A DNA stretch of 64,000 bases from Roseovarius sp. (GCA_040222155.1 JAVKDQ010000074.1:1946-65945); one strand, 5' to 3'. Shown: positions 28,193 to 39,331, counted from the stretch's first letter. The notes: generated by a model not told the origin, from the letters alone. Program-made: numbers and translations.

Positions 28193-29047
28193 TCATTCGT
28201 CTTCGGTCAGGTAACGTGGCTCAAGCTGGATGATCGTGGGCCTTGCCGGCAAGGTCTCCAGCGAGAGCGTGATCTCGCTCTGGTCGGTGCGCACCACGTC
28301 AAAATCGCTCTCCATCCCTGCGAGGAAGGCGTCGAGCGTGCCGCGCCCGAACCAGTGCATGGGGATCACCACGGATGCCTTGAGCCGGCGCAGCACCGTC
28401 ATCATCGTCGCAAGGTCGAGCGTCATGCCGCCATCGACCGGCGCCATCACCACGTCCATCCGCCCCAGCGCCACGTATTGCTCGTCGGAAGGCTCGTGAT
28501 GAAGATGCCCGAGATGCCCCACGCAAAGCCCCGCCACCTCGAAAACGAAGATCGAGTTGCCCTTGGGCTCCACCCCTGTGCCAAAAGCCGAGCGGATATC
28601 GGTGGAGACATTGCGCACCAGCATCTCGCCGAGGTCGAGATGATGTTCGATCCCCTGCCCGAACTCCTCACCCCAGCCGCGCAGCACATGCGGAATGGCG
28701 GGGTCGGGGTTTGCCGTCCAATGGGTCGAATGGGCATGGTTCATCGTCACCACGTCGGGGATGAAATCCACGTTGCCCACGTAGCCGGTGAAATCGGTCA
28801 CCGCCGAGAGCCCGCCCGGTGTCTGGATCAGGAAGCTGGCATGGGTCACATAGCGTATCCGCACCGACTGGTCCGGCACCGGCGCGCGAAAAGAGGCCTT
28901 GTGAAGATACTCCACCCCCGGCGTGCTTTCCGCCACAGCGATGCAATGCGAGGGCCGCCGCTCCTGCGCGGTGGCGGGCAAAGGCCCTAGCCCCAACACC
29001 AGCGAAGCGAGGATGGTGACAAAGAAAGCCGTCCGGATCATGTGCAT
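28193..29047 (-). CDS. exported MBL-fold metallo-hydrolase
   Basis: HASFLI, VTMNHAHSTH, HLGHLHH, IPMHWF; start uncertain (29041 or 29047). Confidence 0.85.
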   Translation of the reverse strand: MHMIRTAFFVTILASLVLGLGPLPATAQERRPSHCIAVAESTPGVEYLHKASFRAPVPDQSVRIRYVTHASFLIQTPGGLSAVTDFTGYVGNVDFIPDVVTMNHAHSTHWTANPDPAIPHVLRGWGEEFGQGIEHHLDLGEMLVRNVSTDIRSAFGTGVEPKGNSIFVFEVAGLCVGHLGHLHHEPSDEQYVALGRMDVVMAPVDGGMTLDLATMMTVLRRLKASVVIPMHWFGRGTLDAFLAGMESDFDVVRTDQSEITLSLETLPARPTIIQLEPRYLTEDE

Positions 29048-29130
29048 CTCCCCTGTTTCCCAGAGGTATAGGTCGAATTTCCGCAACGTCACCCCGAGGC
29101 ATCATTTGGCGGCGGGCTGGCCCTCACCTC

Positions 29131-29715
29131 TCACCCGGTCTCCGCCCGCCCGCGCCTGTCGGAGCGCAGCGCTGCATATAGCACATGGGTGCGCCAGCGC
29201 CCGTTGATCTGCAGATAACTCTGCGCCACGCCCTCGTATTTGAATCCGCAAGTCTCCAGCAGCCGCCGCGAGGCCTCGTTCTCCGGCAGGCAGGCGGCCT
29301 CGAGCCGCGATAGATCGAGCCGCTCGAAGGCGTGATGCACCACACCCGCGATGGCCTCGCGCATGTAACCGCGCCGGGCATAGGGCTGGCCGATCCAGTA
29401 GCCCAGCGTCCCGGCCTGCGCCGGCCCGCGGCGGATATTGTCGAGCGTGATCGCGCCGAGCAGCCTGTCGCCCTCACGCCGGAAGAGGAAAAGTGGCACT
29501 GCCGAACCGTTGGCGATGGAGCGCTGCGCCCATGTCACGCGATTGGTGAAGCCCTTGCGCGAAAGATGGTCTGCGGCCCATTGCGGCTCCCACGGCGTAA
29601 GAAAATCGGCGCTTTCCTCGCGCAGGGCACACCACGCGCGGTAATCGGCAAGTTGCGGCGGGCGCAAGGAGAGGCGTTCCGTCTCGATGCGAATCTTCCG
29701 CCGAGGCAGGAACAT
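29131..29715 (-). CDS. RimJ-like GNAT N-acetyltransferase
   Basis: ETERLSLRPP, LTPWEP, GTLGYWIG, GFKYEG, INGRWRTH. Confidence 0.9.
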   Translation of the reverse strand: MFLPRRKIRIETERLSLRPPQLADYRAWCALREESADFLTPWEPQWAADHLSRKGFTNRVTWAQRSIANGSAVPLFLFRREGDRLLGAITLDNIRRGPAQAGTLGYWIGQPYARRGYMREAIAGVVHHAFERLDLSRLEAACLPENEASRRLLETCGFKYEGVAQSYLQINGRWRTHVLYAALRSDRRGRAETG

Positions 29716-30977
29716 CAGGCGGCGCGCCTCGCGTCGAGCACCTCGAGAGTCGGGGCGTCTTCCACCGGGCCGTAGAGCGCGAGCGCCGATGGGGCGCGCG
29801 CCACGGTGTCTTCCGCGACGGCGCGCAGATCCGCGAGCGTCACAGCGTCGATTTTCTCCACCACTTCCTCGAGCCCGGGAACCCGGCCCCAGATCTGAAG
29901 CATCCGCGCCAGCCGTTCGGCGCGGTTCGAGGGGCTTTCGAGCCCCATAAGGAGCCCCGCCTTCATCTGCGCTCGCGCCCTTTCGAGTTCGGCCGGGCTC
30001 AGATCTTCCGCGGCGCGCTTCATCTCGTCGATCGTGATCCCGGCAAGGTCAGCCATCTGCGCGCCCGAGGTGCCCGCATAGATCGTCATCATCCCGGTGT
30101 CGGAATAGGCCCCGGCCTGCGCGAAGATCGTGTAGCAGAGCCCGCGCCGCTCGCGGATCTCCTGAAAGAGGCGCGACGACATCGAACCGCCGAGCGCGGT
30201 GGCATAGATCTGCGCGGCATGAATGCGCGGGTCGGTATAGTCCGGACCTTCGAAAGCCAGCGCCAGATGCGCCTGCTCCAGCGTCTTCACCCGGCGCATC
30301 TCGCCGCCGGAAAAGCGCGCGGTGGAAGCCGGCGCGGCATTCTCCCCCGAGAGATCGCCAAAGAAGGCCTCCGCGTCCCGCACGAGAGCATCGTGATCTA
30401 CCGCGCCAGCCGCCGAGAGAATCATCTGCCCGGGGCGGTAATGCTGATCCACGAAGCCGGTGAGGTCTTCCCTTGAGAAGCCGCGCACCCGCTCCTCGGC
30501 ACCGAGGATGGTGCGGCCCAACGGGTGGTCGGGGTAGGCCTGCTCCTGCAGCCAGTCGAAAATGATGTCATCAGGCGTGTCGAGCGCCTGCCCGATCTCC
30601 TGCAGGATCACGCCACGCTCCACCTCGATCTCCTTAGGGTCGAAGACCGGGTGGCGCAGGATGTCGGCCACCACGTCGAGCGCCAACGGCACATCATCTC
30701 CGAGCACGCGCGCATAGAAGGCCGTGACCTCGCGCGAGGTATAGGCGTTGATGTAGCCGCCGACATCCTCGATCGCCTCGGCAATCTCCAGCGCGCTGCG
30801 CCGTTTCGTGCCCTTGAAGGCCATATGCTCAAGGAAATGCGCGATGCCGTTCTGTCGCGCCTCCTCATGGCGGGCACCCGCAAGCACCCAGACCCCGATG
30901 GCGGCAGATTGAAGCCCCGGCATATGCTCGGAGACGATGCGGAACCCGTTGGGCAGTGTCGTGAGGTTGACGGTCAA
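29715..30977 (-). CDS. M16 (pitrilysin-family) zinc peptidase
   Basis: GIAHFLEHMAFKGT inverted HxxEH; INAYTSRE; SSRLFQEIRERRGLCY. Confidence 0.93.
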   Translation of the reverse strand: MTVNLTTLPNGFRIVSEHMPGLQSAAIGVWVLAGARHEEARQNGIAHFLEHMAFKGTKRRSALEIAEAIEDVGGYINAYTSREVTAFYARVLGDDVPLALDVVADILRHPVFDPKEIEVERGVILQEIGQALDTPDDIIFDWLQEQAYPDHPLGRTILGAEERVRGFSREDLTGFVDQHYRPGQMILSAAGAVDHDALVRDAEAFFGDLSGENAAPASTARFSGGEMRRVKTLEQAHLALAFEGPDYTDPRIHAAQIYATALGGSMSSRLFQEIRERRGLCYTIFAQAGAYSDTGMMTIYAGTSGAQMADLAGITIDEMKRAAEDLSPAELERARAQMKAGLLMGLESPSNRAERLARMLQIWGRVPGLEEVVEKIDAVTLADLRAVAEDTVARAPSALALYGPVEDAPTLEVLDARRAA

Positions 30978-32362
30978 TTCGCGATCCGGCTCCTGATGAA
31001 ATCCTGCAGGGCGCCAAGGTCGTTCGCCACCCGGCTCACCCGTTCCGAACGCTCATACAGGTCCGACATATGCGGAGGCAAGGGGGGGCGAATGCCGCTG
31101 GCCTTTTCCACTGCGTCGGGGAACTTCGCGGGATGTGCCGTGGCGAGCGTAATCATCGGCGTGCCCGGCTGGTGATGCTCCTCGGCCACCTTCACGCCCA
31201 CGGCCGAGTGGGGGCAAAGCAGTTCGCCCGTTTCCGCTTGGAGCCGTGCGATCGTGGCGAGCGTCTCCTCCTCCGAGGCGCGCCCGCTCTCGAAACTCTC
31301 GCGCAAAGCCTGCAGCGCGCCCTGGCTTACGTGGAAGCCGCCACCCTTGAGCTCTTCCATGAGCTGCGCGACCGCCGCGCCGTCTTCTTCATAGGCGTAG
31401 TAGAGCGCCCGCTCGAAATTCGAGCTCACCTGGATATCCATCGAGGGGCTGATCGAGGGCACAACGCCTTCCGGCCGGTATTCGGAGCTGGAGAGGCAGC
31501 GATGCAGAATGTCGTTCTGGTTGGTGGCGACCACGAGCTTCTCGATGGGCAGGCCCATCCGCTTCGCGATGTAACCCGCGAAGATATCCCCGAAATTGCC
31601 GGTCGGAACGGTGAAACTCACCGGCCGATGCGGAGCCCCCAGAGAGACGGCAGAGGAGAAGTAATAGACCACCTGCGCCAGCACCCGCGCCCAGTTGATC
31701 GAGTTGACCCCCGCAAGCCCCACCGCATCGCGGAAGGCAAAATCGTTGAACATGTCCTTGAGCCGCGCCTGCGCGTCGTCGAAATAGCCGTCGATCGCCA
31801 CGGCATGCACGTTGCTCTCGGTGGGCGTCGTCATCTGCCGGCGCTGCACCTCCGAAACCCGGCCATGCGGGTATAGTATGAACACATCCACCGCCTCGAG
31901 CCCCCGGAATGCCTCGATCGCCGCCGAGCCGGTATCGCCCGAGGTCGCGCCCACGATGCACACCCGCCGCCCCGAGCGCGTGAGCGAGGCCTCGAAGAGC
32001 TGGCCTATGAGCTGCATCGCGAAATCCTTGAAGGCCAGCGTCGGCCCGTGGAAAAGCTCCAAAAGGAAATGCCCCGGCGCAAGCTGCTTGAGCGGCGCGC
32101 GGGCCGCATGCGCAAAGCCCGCATAGGCGCGCGAGATGATCGCGTGAAATTCGTCTTCGGTGAAGGCACCGCCGACGAAAGGCCACATCACCCGGAAGGC
32201 CACTTCCTCGTAGGCCAGCCCCTCGAGCGCGGCGATCTCGGCGGCGCTCATCTGCGGAATGCGTTCCGGCAGGTAGAGCCCGCCATCGCGCGCAAGCCCC
32301 GTCAGCATCGCCTCTTCGAAGCTCAGAACCGGGGCCTGCCCGCGGGTTGAGATGTATTGCAT
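30974..32362 (-). CDS. thrC: threonine synthase
   Basis: YISTRG, LELFHGPTLAFKD, ATSGDTGSAA, NSINWAR, PTGNFG, ATAHPAKF. Confidence 0.97.
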   Translation of the reverse strand: MQYISTRGQAPVLSFEEAMLTGLARDGGLYLPERIPQMSAAEIAALEGLAYEEVAFRVMWPFVGGAFTEDEFHAIISRAYAGFAHAARAPLKQLAPGHFLLELFHGPTLAFKDFAMQLIGQLFEASLTRSGRRVCIVGATSGDTGSAAIEAFRGLEAVDVFILYPHGRVSEVQRRQMTTPTESNVHAVAIDGYFDDAQARLKDMFNDFAFRDAVGLAGVNSINWARVLAQVVYYFSSAVSLGAPHRPVSFTVPTGNFGDIFAGYIAKRMGLPIEKLVVATNQNDILHRCLSSSEYRPEGVVPSISPSMDIQVSSNFERALYYAYEEDGAAVAQLMEELKGGGFHVSQGALQALRESFESGRASEEETLATIARLQAETGELLCPHSAVGVKVAEEHHQPGTPMITLATAHPAKFPDAVEKASGIRPPLPPHMSDLYERSERVSRVANDLGALQDFIRSRIAN

Positions 32363-32363
32363 G

Positions 32364-33047
32364 TCAATCGCCTTTCGCAGGGTTGCGGCCGCGCCAGAGG
32401 AAGAAGCCGGTCATCGCTGCCCAGATCGCGGCGAGCGAGAACCATGTAATAGCGTATTCGAGGTGATCGTTGGGAATCGCGCTCGTGTCGACGGGCAGCG
32501 GCGTCATCGCCGGGTCGTTTTCCGACACCTCGCGCACGACGACCAGCAGAGGCTCCGTGCCCAGCACCTCCGCCATGGGTACGATATCGCGCGCGAACCA
32601 CGTGTTGCCCTCGATGTCGTTCTCGGGTGTCGAACTCAGGCGGTCGTCGGGCCAGTGCAGGTTGCCAAGGATGCGAACCCGCCCCGTGGGCGGCGGCAGA
32701 AGCTGGCCCGCGACGCGGATAAAGCCGCGATCGACCAGCACACGCCGGCTCTCCACCGTCTCGAAGGGCGAGATGATGCGATAGCCCGCCCCCACCTGCT
32801 TGCGGCTCACCAGCACGCGCAGCACACCATCGCCGAAACGGCCCTCGAGCGCCACGGGCAGATACTTGGCCGCCGCCCTGTCGATTGCCTCTGGAAGTGC
32901 CACGGGTTCGGCCGCGATCCGTGCCTCGATCTCCGCCAGCACGCCCTCCTTCCACGCGAGCCGCTGCATCTGCCAAACCCCGAGGCTCACCAGCACGGCC
33001 ACGCCGGCCAACCCGAAGACAAGCGGAAGGATCACCCGTTTCAGCAT
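32364..33047 (-). CDS. surf1: SURF1/Shy1 cytochrome oxidase assembly protein
   Basis: LGVWQMQRLAWK, LVDRGF, NDHLEYAITWFSLA. Confidence 0.92.
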   Translation of the reverse strand: MLKRVILPLVFGLAGVAVLVSLGVWQMQRLAWKEGVLAEIEARIAAEPVALPEAIDRAAAKYLPVALEGRFGDGVLRVLVSRKQVGAGYRIISPFETVESRRVLVDRGFIRVAGQLLPPPTGRVRILGNLHWPDDRLSSTPENDIEGNTWFARDIVPMAEVLGTEPLLVVVREVSENDPAMTPLPVDTSAIPNDHLEYAITWFSLAAIWAAMTGFFLWRGRNPAKGD

Positions 33048-33091
33048 GATTACCCCTTCAAAGCAAAATGCGGGAAGCGCCCTCCCCGCAT

Positions 33092-33112
33092 TTCTTCTTG
33101 TTTCAAGTACCT
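33092..33112 (-). repeat. copy of the TATTT-N4-CAAGAAGAAG repeat family
   Basis: Reverse complement AGGTACTTGAAACAAGAAGAA, adjacent to a hairpin at 33066-33093. Confidence 0.55.
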
Positions 33113-33143
33113 TCGCCGAAGGCGAAAAAGTCTTTCAGACCCC

Positions 33144-33950
33144 TCAGCCGCCCCAGATGTAGACTGCTGCAAAGAGGAAGAGCCACACCACGTCGACGAA
33201 GTGCCAGTACCAAGCCGCGGCTTCGAAGCCCACGTGGTTCTCGGGTGTGAAATGGCCCCTCAGCACCCGCATCAGGCAGACGAAGAGGAAGATCGTGCCG
33301 ATCACCACATGCGCACCGTGGAAGCCCGTCGCCATGAAGAAGTTGGCGCCGTAGATGTTGCCGGAGAAGCCAAAGGCCGCGTGGCTGTACTCGTAGATCT
33401 GGAAAACGGTGAAGAGCGCACCCAGTGCGATGGCGAGGATGAGGCCCCACTTCATGTCCTGCCGGTTGTTCTCATGCACCAGAGCATGGTGTGCCCAGGT
33501 CGCCGCAGCGCCCGAGCAGAGCAGGATCAGCGTGTTGATCAGCGGCAGGTGCCACGGGTCGAACGTCTCGATCCCCGCGGGCGGCCAGACGCCATCCACC
33601 GCCGGGCTCATGCCAGACGGATCCATCGGGTAGATCGCGTGTTTGAAGAAGCTCCAGAACCACGCCGCGAAGAACATGACCTCGGACATGATGAACATGA
33701 TGAAGCCGTAACGCAGGCCGATACGCACCACGGGCGTGTGATCGCCCATGTGGTTCTCCTTGATGGTGTCGCCCCACCAGCCGAACATCACGTAGGCCAC
33801 GCCCACGAACCCCATCAGCAGCACCCACGGGCCGTGATCGTGGAAGAACAGCACCGCTCCGAAGAGCATCACGAACCCGGCGACCGCGCCGAGGAACGGC
33901 CAGATCGAGGGGTTCAGAATGTGGTAGTCGTGGTTTTTCTCGTGTGCCAT
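33144..33950 (-). CDS. coxC: cytochrome c oxidase subunit III
   Basis: [47 protein letters not shown]. Confidence 0.97.
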   Translation of the reverse strand: MAHEKNHDYHILNPSIWPFLGAVAGFVMLFGAVLFFHDHGPWVLLMGFVGVAYVMFGWWGDTIKENHMGDHTPVVRIGLRYGFIMFIMSEVMFFAAWFWSFFKHAIYPMDPSGMSPAVDGVWPPAGIETFDPWHLPLINTLILLCSGAAATWAHHALVHENNRQDMKWGLILAIALGALFTVFQIYEYSHAAFGFSGNIYGANFFMATGFHGAHVVIGTIFLFVCLMRVLRGHFTPENHVGFEAAAWYWHFVDVVWLFLFAAVYIWGG

Positions 33951-33976
33951 AAGCGTGTCCCTCGCCAGAGCGTCTT

Positions 33977-34570
33977 CTAGTATGCTGTATTATCGGTTTC
34001 GGTGCCATCCGCAAGCGCGGCCTGCTCGGTCTCGTAGCCTTCGGGCACGTCGCTCTCGTAGAAGGTGTAGCCAAGCGTGATGGTGTGCACGTATTTCGCG
34101 TCGCGGTCGGTTACGATCTCGGGATCGACATAGAAGGTAACGGGCATTTCCACCCGCTGTCCGGGTTGGAGAACCTGCTCCTGGAAGCAGAAACAGTCGA
34201 TCTTGGTGAAGAAACCGCCGGCCTCATAGGGCGCGACATTATAACTGGCAGAGCCCGCCACCACACGATCGGTCGGGTTGTAGGCTTCGTAAAAAGCCAG
34301 CCCCGTCTCACCGATACGCAACTCAACCTCGCGCTGGAGCGGGCGGAACTCCCACGGGAAATCGCGCTCCTCGGAAGCGACAAACCGCACAGTGATGGTT
34401 TCATCGAGAATCTCGTCGGAGCCAGCGGCTGCCTGACCTGTGGTGCCGCCGAACCCTGTCACGCGGCAGAACCAGTCGTAGAACGGCACCGATGCCCATG
34501 CGAGCGCGCCCATGGTGAAGACGACGCCCACGAGTTTCACAACCGTCTTGCCCTTCTCGTCCATCGCCAT
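33977..34570 (-). CDS. ctaG: cytochrome c oxidase assembly protein CtaG/Cox11
   Basis: [32 protein letters not shown]. Confidence 0.95.
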   Translation of the reverse strand: MAMDEKGKTVVKLVGVVFTMGALAWASVPFYDWFCRVTGFGGTTGQAAAGSDEILDETITVRFVASEERDFPWEFRPLQREVELRIGETGLAFYEAYNPTDRVVAGSASYNVAPYEAGGFFTKIDCFCFQEQVLQPGQRVEMPVTFYVDPEIVTDRDAKYVHTITLGYTFYESDVPEGYETEQAALADGTETDNTAY

Positions 34571-34571
34571 G

Positions 34572-34733
34572 TCAGTTATTCTCCTGCAGAAGCGGCTTGG
34601 TGAATTCATCGGTCGAAACCTTCACCACCGTCAGCCCGAAGATAAGCCCCACGAAGCCGGCAAGCACCAGCCCGAGCCCGAGATTGCGGGAGAAGCGGCG
34701 CTTGTGAAGGTCATGCTGGCGAGAGAGGGCCAT
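34572..34733 (-). CDS. small membrane protein of the cox operon (53 aa)
   Basis: Manual translation MALSRQHDLHKRRFSRNLGLGLVLAGFVGLIFGLTVVKVSTDEFTKPLLQENN; packed tightly between ctaB and ctaG; below the ORF-track cutoff. Confidence 0.8.
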   Translation of the reverse strand: MALSRQHDLHKRRFSRNLGLGLVLAGFVGLIFGLTVVKVSTDEFTKPLLQENN

Positions 34734-34736
34734 CGC

Positions 34737-35687
34737 TTACCAGCCTCCAAGTCCGAAGGGCGCGAGCGCCGCCTCGAGCGCGATGGCACCGAAATGCGCG
34801 AAGAGGTAGTAGAGCGAAAGCTTGAAGACGGATTTCTCCACCTTGTAATTGTCGGCCTCCGCCATCTCCTCGGAGCGCCGCCAGATTTCCCACGCGCCCT
34901 TGAGGAAGAGCGCGTTGAGTACCAGCGCCACGGCAAGGTAGACCGGCCCGCCCACGGCGGTGAAGCCCGTGCCAACCGCAAGCGCGGCCAGCAGTAGCGT
35001 GTATGCGAGGATATGCGCGCGTGTGGCGCGGCGCCCGTGGGTCACTGTGAGCATCGGAACGCCAGCATCGTCGTAATCAGAGCGCATGAACAGCGCCAGC
35101 GCCCAGAAATGCGGTGGCGTCCACATGAAGATGAGCGCGAACATCAGCGCCGATTCGAGGCTCACGGTGCCGGTGACGGCGGCCCAGCCGATCATCGGAG
35201 GAAAAGCTCCCGCTGCCCCGCCGATCACGATGTTCTGCGGCGTCCAGCGCTTGAGCCACATAGAGTAGATCACGACATAGAAGAAGATGGTGAAAGCCAG
35301 AAGCGCCGCGGCCACCCAGTTGGTGGCGAGCCAGAGCATCACCACCGAGAAGCCCGCCAGAGCCATTCCGAAACCGAAGGCCTCGCTGCCGGAGATGACG
35401 CCGGCCGGGATGGGCCGCTTGCGGGTGCGCTTCATCACCGCGTCGATATCGGCATCCCACCACATGTTGAGTGCGCCCGAGGCACCACCGCCGATTGCGA
35501 TGAAGAGAATGGCCGCGAAGGCCTCCACAGGGTGCAGCCCGCCGGGCGCCGACACCAGACCCACGAAGGCGGTGAAGACGACCAGCGTCATGACGCGCGG
35601 CTTCAGGAGCGCGAAGTAATCGCCAAAGCCTGCCTCTCCCTCCGCGGGGGCGGCTTGCGCTGTGGTGTTGAGGCTTGCGTCGCTCAT
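34737..35687 (-). CDS. ctaB: protoheme IX farnesyltransferase (heme o synthase)
   Basis: LLKPRVM, NMWWDADIDAVMKRTRKRPIP, LKRWTPQNIVIGG, WTPPHFWALAL. Confidence 0.95.
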   Translation of the reverse strand: MSDASLNTTAQAAPAEGEAGFGDYFALLKPRVMTLVVFTAFVGLVSAPGGLHPVEAFAAILFIAIGGGASGALNMWWDADIDAVMKRTRKRPIPAGVISGSEAFGFGMALAGFSVVMLWLATNWVAAALLAFTIFFYVVIYSMWLKRWTPQNIVIGGAAGAFPPMIGWAAVTGTVSLESALMFALIFMWTPPHFWALALFMRSDYDDAGVPMLTVTHGRRATRAHILAYTLLLAALAVGTGFTAVGGPVYLAVALVLNALFLKGAWEIWRRSEEMAEADNYKVEKSVFKLSLYYLFAHFGAIALEAALAPFGLGGW

Positions 35688-35724
35688 GGATCGGCTGCGC
35701 TTTCAGGTTCGATCAGGCTGGCAA

Positions 35725-35779
35725 GGTGGGTTTGAAACCCACCCTACAGGCGGTTCGTAGGGTGGGTTTCAAACCCACC
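35725..35779. repeat. REP doublet inside the cox operon (GTAG ends facing inward)
   Basis: GGTGGGTTTGAAACCCACCCTAC (35725-35747) and GTAGGGTGGGTTTCAAACCCACC (35757-35779). Confidence 0.85.
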
Positions 35780-35788
35780 CACAGGGCG

Positions 35789-36634
35789 TCATTCGACGGC
35801 GGAAGCCACCTCGACCGAGCGCGGCGTGCCGGCATATTGCTCGATCGCACCGTCGAGCCATTGGTCGTATTCCTCCTGGCTCACCACTTTCACGGTGATC
35901 GGCATGTAGGCGTGGTCCTTGCCGCAGAGTTCGGAGCACTGGCCGAAATAGATGCCTTCCTTCTCGGGCTTGAACCACAACTGGGCGATGCGGCCCGGCA
36001 CGGCATCCTGCTTCACGCCGAAGGCTGGGATCGTCCAGGAATGGATCACGTCGGCACCGGTCACGTTCATCACGACGGTCTTGCCCACGGGCACCACGAT
36101 GGCCGTGTCGGTGGCGAGCAGATACTCGTCTTCCGCGTAGCCATATTCAGCGAGGTCTTCACGCGCCAGCATGAAGCTCTCGAAGGAGAAGTCGTGATCC
36201 TGGTACTCGTAGCCCCAGAACCACTGGTAGCCTGTGACCTTGATGTTGATGTCACCCTCGGGGATCTCCTGCTGCTTGAAAAGCACCGGAAGGGAGAAGG
36301 CGCCAATGAACACGAGGATCACGATGGGCACCACCGTCCACGCCACTTCGAGCGGCGAGTTGTGGGTAAACTTCGCAGGCTCGGGGTTGGCGCGGCGGTT
36401 GTAGCGCACCATGCAGATCACCAGCAGGGCGCAGACGAAGATCACGATGGCGGTGATGATCACGTTGATCATCCCGTCGAGCCATTGGATATCGCGTGCA
36501 AGCTCGGTGGCCGCCGGCTGAAAGCCCATAGCTCCGTCGACGGGCTTGCCCACGGACTGCAGCCCCTCCTGCGCGGCGGCGGGAAGGGCGGTGAGGGCGG
36601 CCATGGCGGCCATGAGGCTGGATGAAAGTCGCAT
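35789..36634 (-). CDS. coxB: cytochrome c oxidase subunit II
   Basis: [16 protein letters not shown], CuA motif [14 protein letters not shown]. Confidence 0.96.
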   Translation of the reverse strand: MRLSSSLMAAMAALTALPAAAQEGLQSVGKPVDGAMGFQPAATELARDIQWLDGMINVIITAIVIFVCALLVICMVRYNRRANPEPAKFTHNSPLEVAWTVVPIVILVFIGAFSLPVLFKQQEIPEGDINIKVTGYQWFWGYEYQDHDFSFESFMLAREDLAEYGYAEDEYLLATDTAIVVPVGKTVVMNVTGADVIHSWTIPAFGVKQDAVPGRIAQLWFKPEKEGIYFGQCSELCGKDHAYMPITVKVVSQEEYDQWLDGAIEQYAGTPRSVEVASAVE

Positions 36635-36831
36635 TTTGCACCCTGATCGGTTGAAGCGTTCGTATTGTCTGTTAACTCTTGGGCACCGGCGCTGGTGCCC
36701 TCCCGTTGTTCGCACACGGTAAAACCACATTCTGCCGGCGCAGACAAGAATGACGCTTGCGGCAAACGGACGCTTTTCTTGATTCAGATCAAGATTCCGC
36801 GCTCTCTTGGCGCCAATGCGAGGAGAACCCC

Positions 36832-38256
36832 ATGAACGACACGGCTTTCCGCCCCTTCGAGACGACGCTCGACCGCGAGGCGGCGCTGAGGCGCCTGCGC
36901 GACGCCACGGCCGGCGCCGACGACGGCGAACTCTTTCTCGAACGGCGCCGCTCAGAGGCGCTCGTCTTCGATGACGGCAAGGTCAAGTCGGCTTCTTACG
37001 ACGCGTCCGAGGGATTCGGTCTGCGCGCCGTCCGGGGCGAGGTGGCGGGCTATGCGCACAGCTCCGACGTGAGCGAGGCCGCGCTCGCCCGCGCGGTTGA
37101 AACGGCCCGCCTTGCGGTGGGCGAGGGCGGCGGCACCATGGCCCCGCCGCCCGTGCGCACCAATCGCAAGCTTTACACAGAAGACGACCCGATCGCCGGC
37201 GCGACCTTCCCGGTGAAGCTCGAAACGCTCCGCGAGATCGATGCCTTCGCCCGCGAACTCGACCCGCGCGTGGTGCAGGTGACGGCCACTATCGCCGCCT
37301 CGCACCAGGAGGTGGTGATCCTGCGCCCCGACGGCAGCGAGACACGCGACACGCGGCCCATGACCCGTGTGAACGTAGCGGTGATCGTGGAAGAGAACGG
37401 GCGGCGCGAGTCGGGTCACGCCGGCGGCGGCGGGCGTGTGGGGCTAGATGGCCTCATAGACCCGGCGGACTGGCAGCGAAAGGCGCACGAGGCGCTGCGG
37501 ATCGCGCTGGTCAACCTCAAGGCCGAGGCCGCGCCGGCTGGGGTGATGGATGTGGTTCTCGGCCCGGGTTGGCCCGGGATCCTCTTGCACGAGGCCATCG
37601 GCCACGGGCTCGAGGGCGATTTCAACCGCAAGGGCAGTTCCGCCTTTTCCGGGCTGATGGGCCAGCGCATCGCAGCGCCGGGGGTTACGGTGCTCGACGA
37701 CGGCACGATCCCCGACCGGCGCGGCTCGATCACCGTGGATGATGAAGGCACGCCATCGGCCAAGAACGTGCTGATCGAGGACGGAATTCTCGTGGGCTTC
37801 ATGCAGGACCGCCAGAATGCGCGGCTCATGGGCGTAGCGCCCACCGGTAACGGACGCCGCGAGAGCTATGCCCATGCGCCCATGCCACGCATGACCAACA
37901 CCTACATGCTGGGCGGCGATGCCGACCCTTCCGATATCGTGGCCGACCTAAAGGACGGCATCTATGCCGTGGGCTTCGGCGGCGGGCAGGTGGACATTAC
38001 CAACGGCAAGTTCGTCTTCTCCTGCACCGAGGCCTACCGGGTGAAGAACGGCAAGGTGGGCGCGCCGGTGAAGGGCGCCACGCTCATCGGAGACGGGGCG
38101 ACCGCGCTCCAGCAGATCCGCGCGCTGGGCAACGACATGGCGCTCGACCCTGGCATGGGCAATTGCGGCAAGGCGGGCCAATGGGTGCCGGTGGGCGTGG
38201 GCCAGCCCACGGTGATGATCGGCGGGCTGACGGTGGGCGGCTCGGCGGCAGGCTGA
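36832..38256 (+). CDS. tldD: metalloprotease TldD
   Basis: AGGAG SD; [55 protein letters not shown]. Confidence 0.96.
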   Translation: MNDTAFRPFETTLDREAALRRLRDATAGADDGELFLERRRSEALVFDDGKVKSASYDASEGFGLRAVRGEVAGYAHSSDVSEAALARAVETARLAVGEGGGTMAPPPVRTNRKLYTEDDPIAGATFPVKLETLREIDAFARELDPRVVQVTATIAASHQEVVILRPDGSETRDTRPMTRVNVAVIVEENGRRESGHAGGGGRVGLDGLIDPADWQRKAHEALRIALVNLKAEAAPAGVMDVVLGPGWPGILLHEAIGHGLEGDFNRKGSSAFSGLMGQRIAAPGVTVLDDGTIPDRRGSITVDDEGTPSAKNVLIEDGILVGFMQDRQNARLMGVAPTGNGRRESYAHAPMPRMTNTYMLGGDADPSDIVADLKDGIYAVGFGGGQVDITNGKFVFSCTEAYRVKNGKVGAPVKGATLIGDGATALQQIRALGNDMALDPGMGNCGKAGQWVPVGVGQPTVMIGGLTVGGSAAG

Positions 38257-38298
38257 GGCGCGATTTTTCGGCGTGCGGCGCTTATCCGGGCCGTCGGA

Positions 38299-38321
38299 GA
38301 GGTATTTCCGACAAGAAGAAG
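38299..38321 (+). repeat. copy of the TATTT-N4-CAAGAAGAAG repeat family
   Basis: GAGGTATTTCCGACAAGAAGAAG between convergent tldD and LysR. Confidence 0.65.
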
Positions 38322-38351
38322 GTGGGCGTGCGGGGTGGCCAGACCAGCGCG

Positions 38352-39224
38352 CTATCCGGCCTCGACCAGCGCGGCAAAGCGGCGGGCGGCCGGGGAAGGG
38401 AGTGCATCGCGCATCACCACACTCGCCCGCACGACCCCGAACTCGAGCGCGGGGCAAAGACGCAGGAGCGCGCCTTGGGCGATGTCGTCGCGCACCGATG
38501 GCTCCAGCAGGAGCGCCGCGCCAAGGCCCGCGAGCGCCATGCGCCTCGCCACGACGAAACTGTTCGTCTCGATGATTTCGCGAAACCGGAGAGCAACCGG
38601 CGCGTCGTTTTCGCGCGGGCTCAGCACGGCGCCGACATAGCGCGGTGCAATCAGCGGGATGTCGAGCGTGAAGCCCTCCGCCCTCCGTTGCGGCTCGAAG
38701 GGCGTGCTCGCCACGAGCGCGGTCTTCAGCACGGTGCCGCCCGCGATATCCCCATGAAGCGGTCCCTCGACGCGAATCGCCATGTCGAATCGGCTGCTGG
38801 CGAGCGGAACCCTGCCGTCATTGGCGTCGATCTCCAGTGCAACGTCGGGCGCTTCGGCCCGGAAGCGCGCAAGGAGCGGCGGTAGCCAGTGCGCGGCCAT
38901 CTCCGAAGGGAGCGTGAGCGCGAGACGGCCGGTGAGGGGGGCCTTGCCACTGCCCGCCGCGAGAGCCATCGCCCGGCCCGCCGCCGCGAGCGTGTCGCGT
39001 GCCGCCTCCATCACCGCCTCGCCCGCGGCTGTCAGCGTGAAGCTGCGGGTGCTGCGAAGGGCGAGGGTTACACCCAGCTCCGCCTCGAGTTCGGAGAGCG
39101 CGGTGGAGACCACGGGCACGGAAAGGCCGAGCCGCTCCGCCGCGCCACGAATCGAGCCCGCCTCGGCGATGGCCGCGAAGTAGGTGAGCCGGCGAATTGT
39201 CTGGTGCGAGGGAGCGCGGGCCAT
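38352..39224 (-). CDS. LysR-family transcriptional regulator
   Basis: YFAAIAEAGSIRGAAERLGLSVPVVSTALSELEAELGVTLALRSTR HTH. Confidence 0.88.
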   Translation of the reverse strand: MARAPSHQTIRRLTYFAAIAEAGSIRGAAERLGLSVPVVSTALSELEAELGVTLALRSTRSFTLTAAGEAVMEAARDTLAAAGRAMALAAGSGKAPLTGRLALTLPSEMAAHWLPPLLARFRAEAPDVALEIDANDGRVPLASSRFDMAIRVEGPLHGDIAGGTVLKTALVASTPFEPQRRAEGFTLDIPLIAPRYVGAVLSPRENDAPVALRFREIIETNSFVVARRMALAGLGAALLLEPSVRDDIAQGALLRLCPALEFGVVRASVVMRDALPSPAARRFAALVEAG

Positions 39225-39331
39225 ATTTGTTTTGTAATAGCGAAGAGTGGATTTTGTATTTCCTACCTACAGAACAATCGAGCCGAGCGGCAAGGTTTTC
39301 TTACTCGCATCGCATCCAAGGAGATCCCGAG

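Noticed and set aside
10903-35779. GTAGGGTGGG palindromes as CRISPR repeats
   Set aside because: Dispersed singly or in pairs with no regular spacers and no cas genes; the GTAG plus hairpin form and a RAYT gene identify them as REPs
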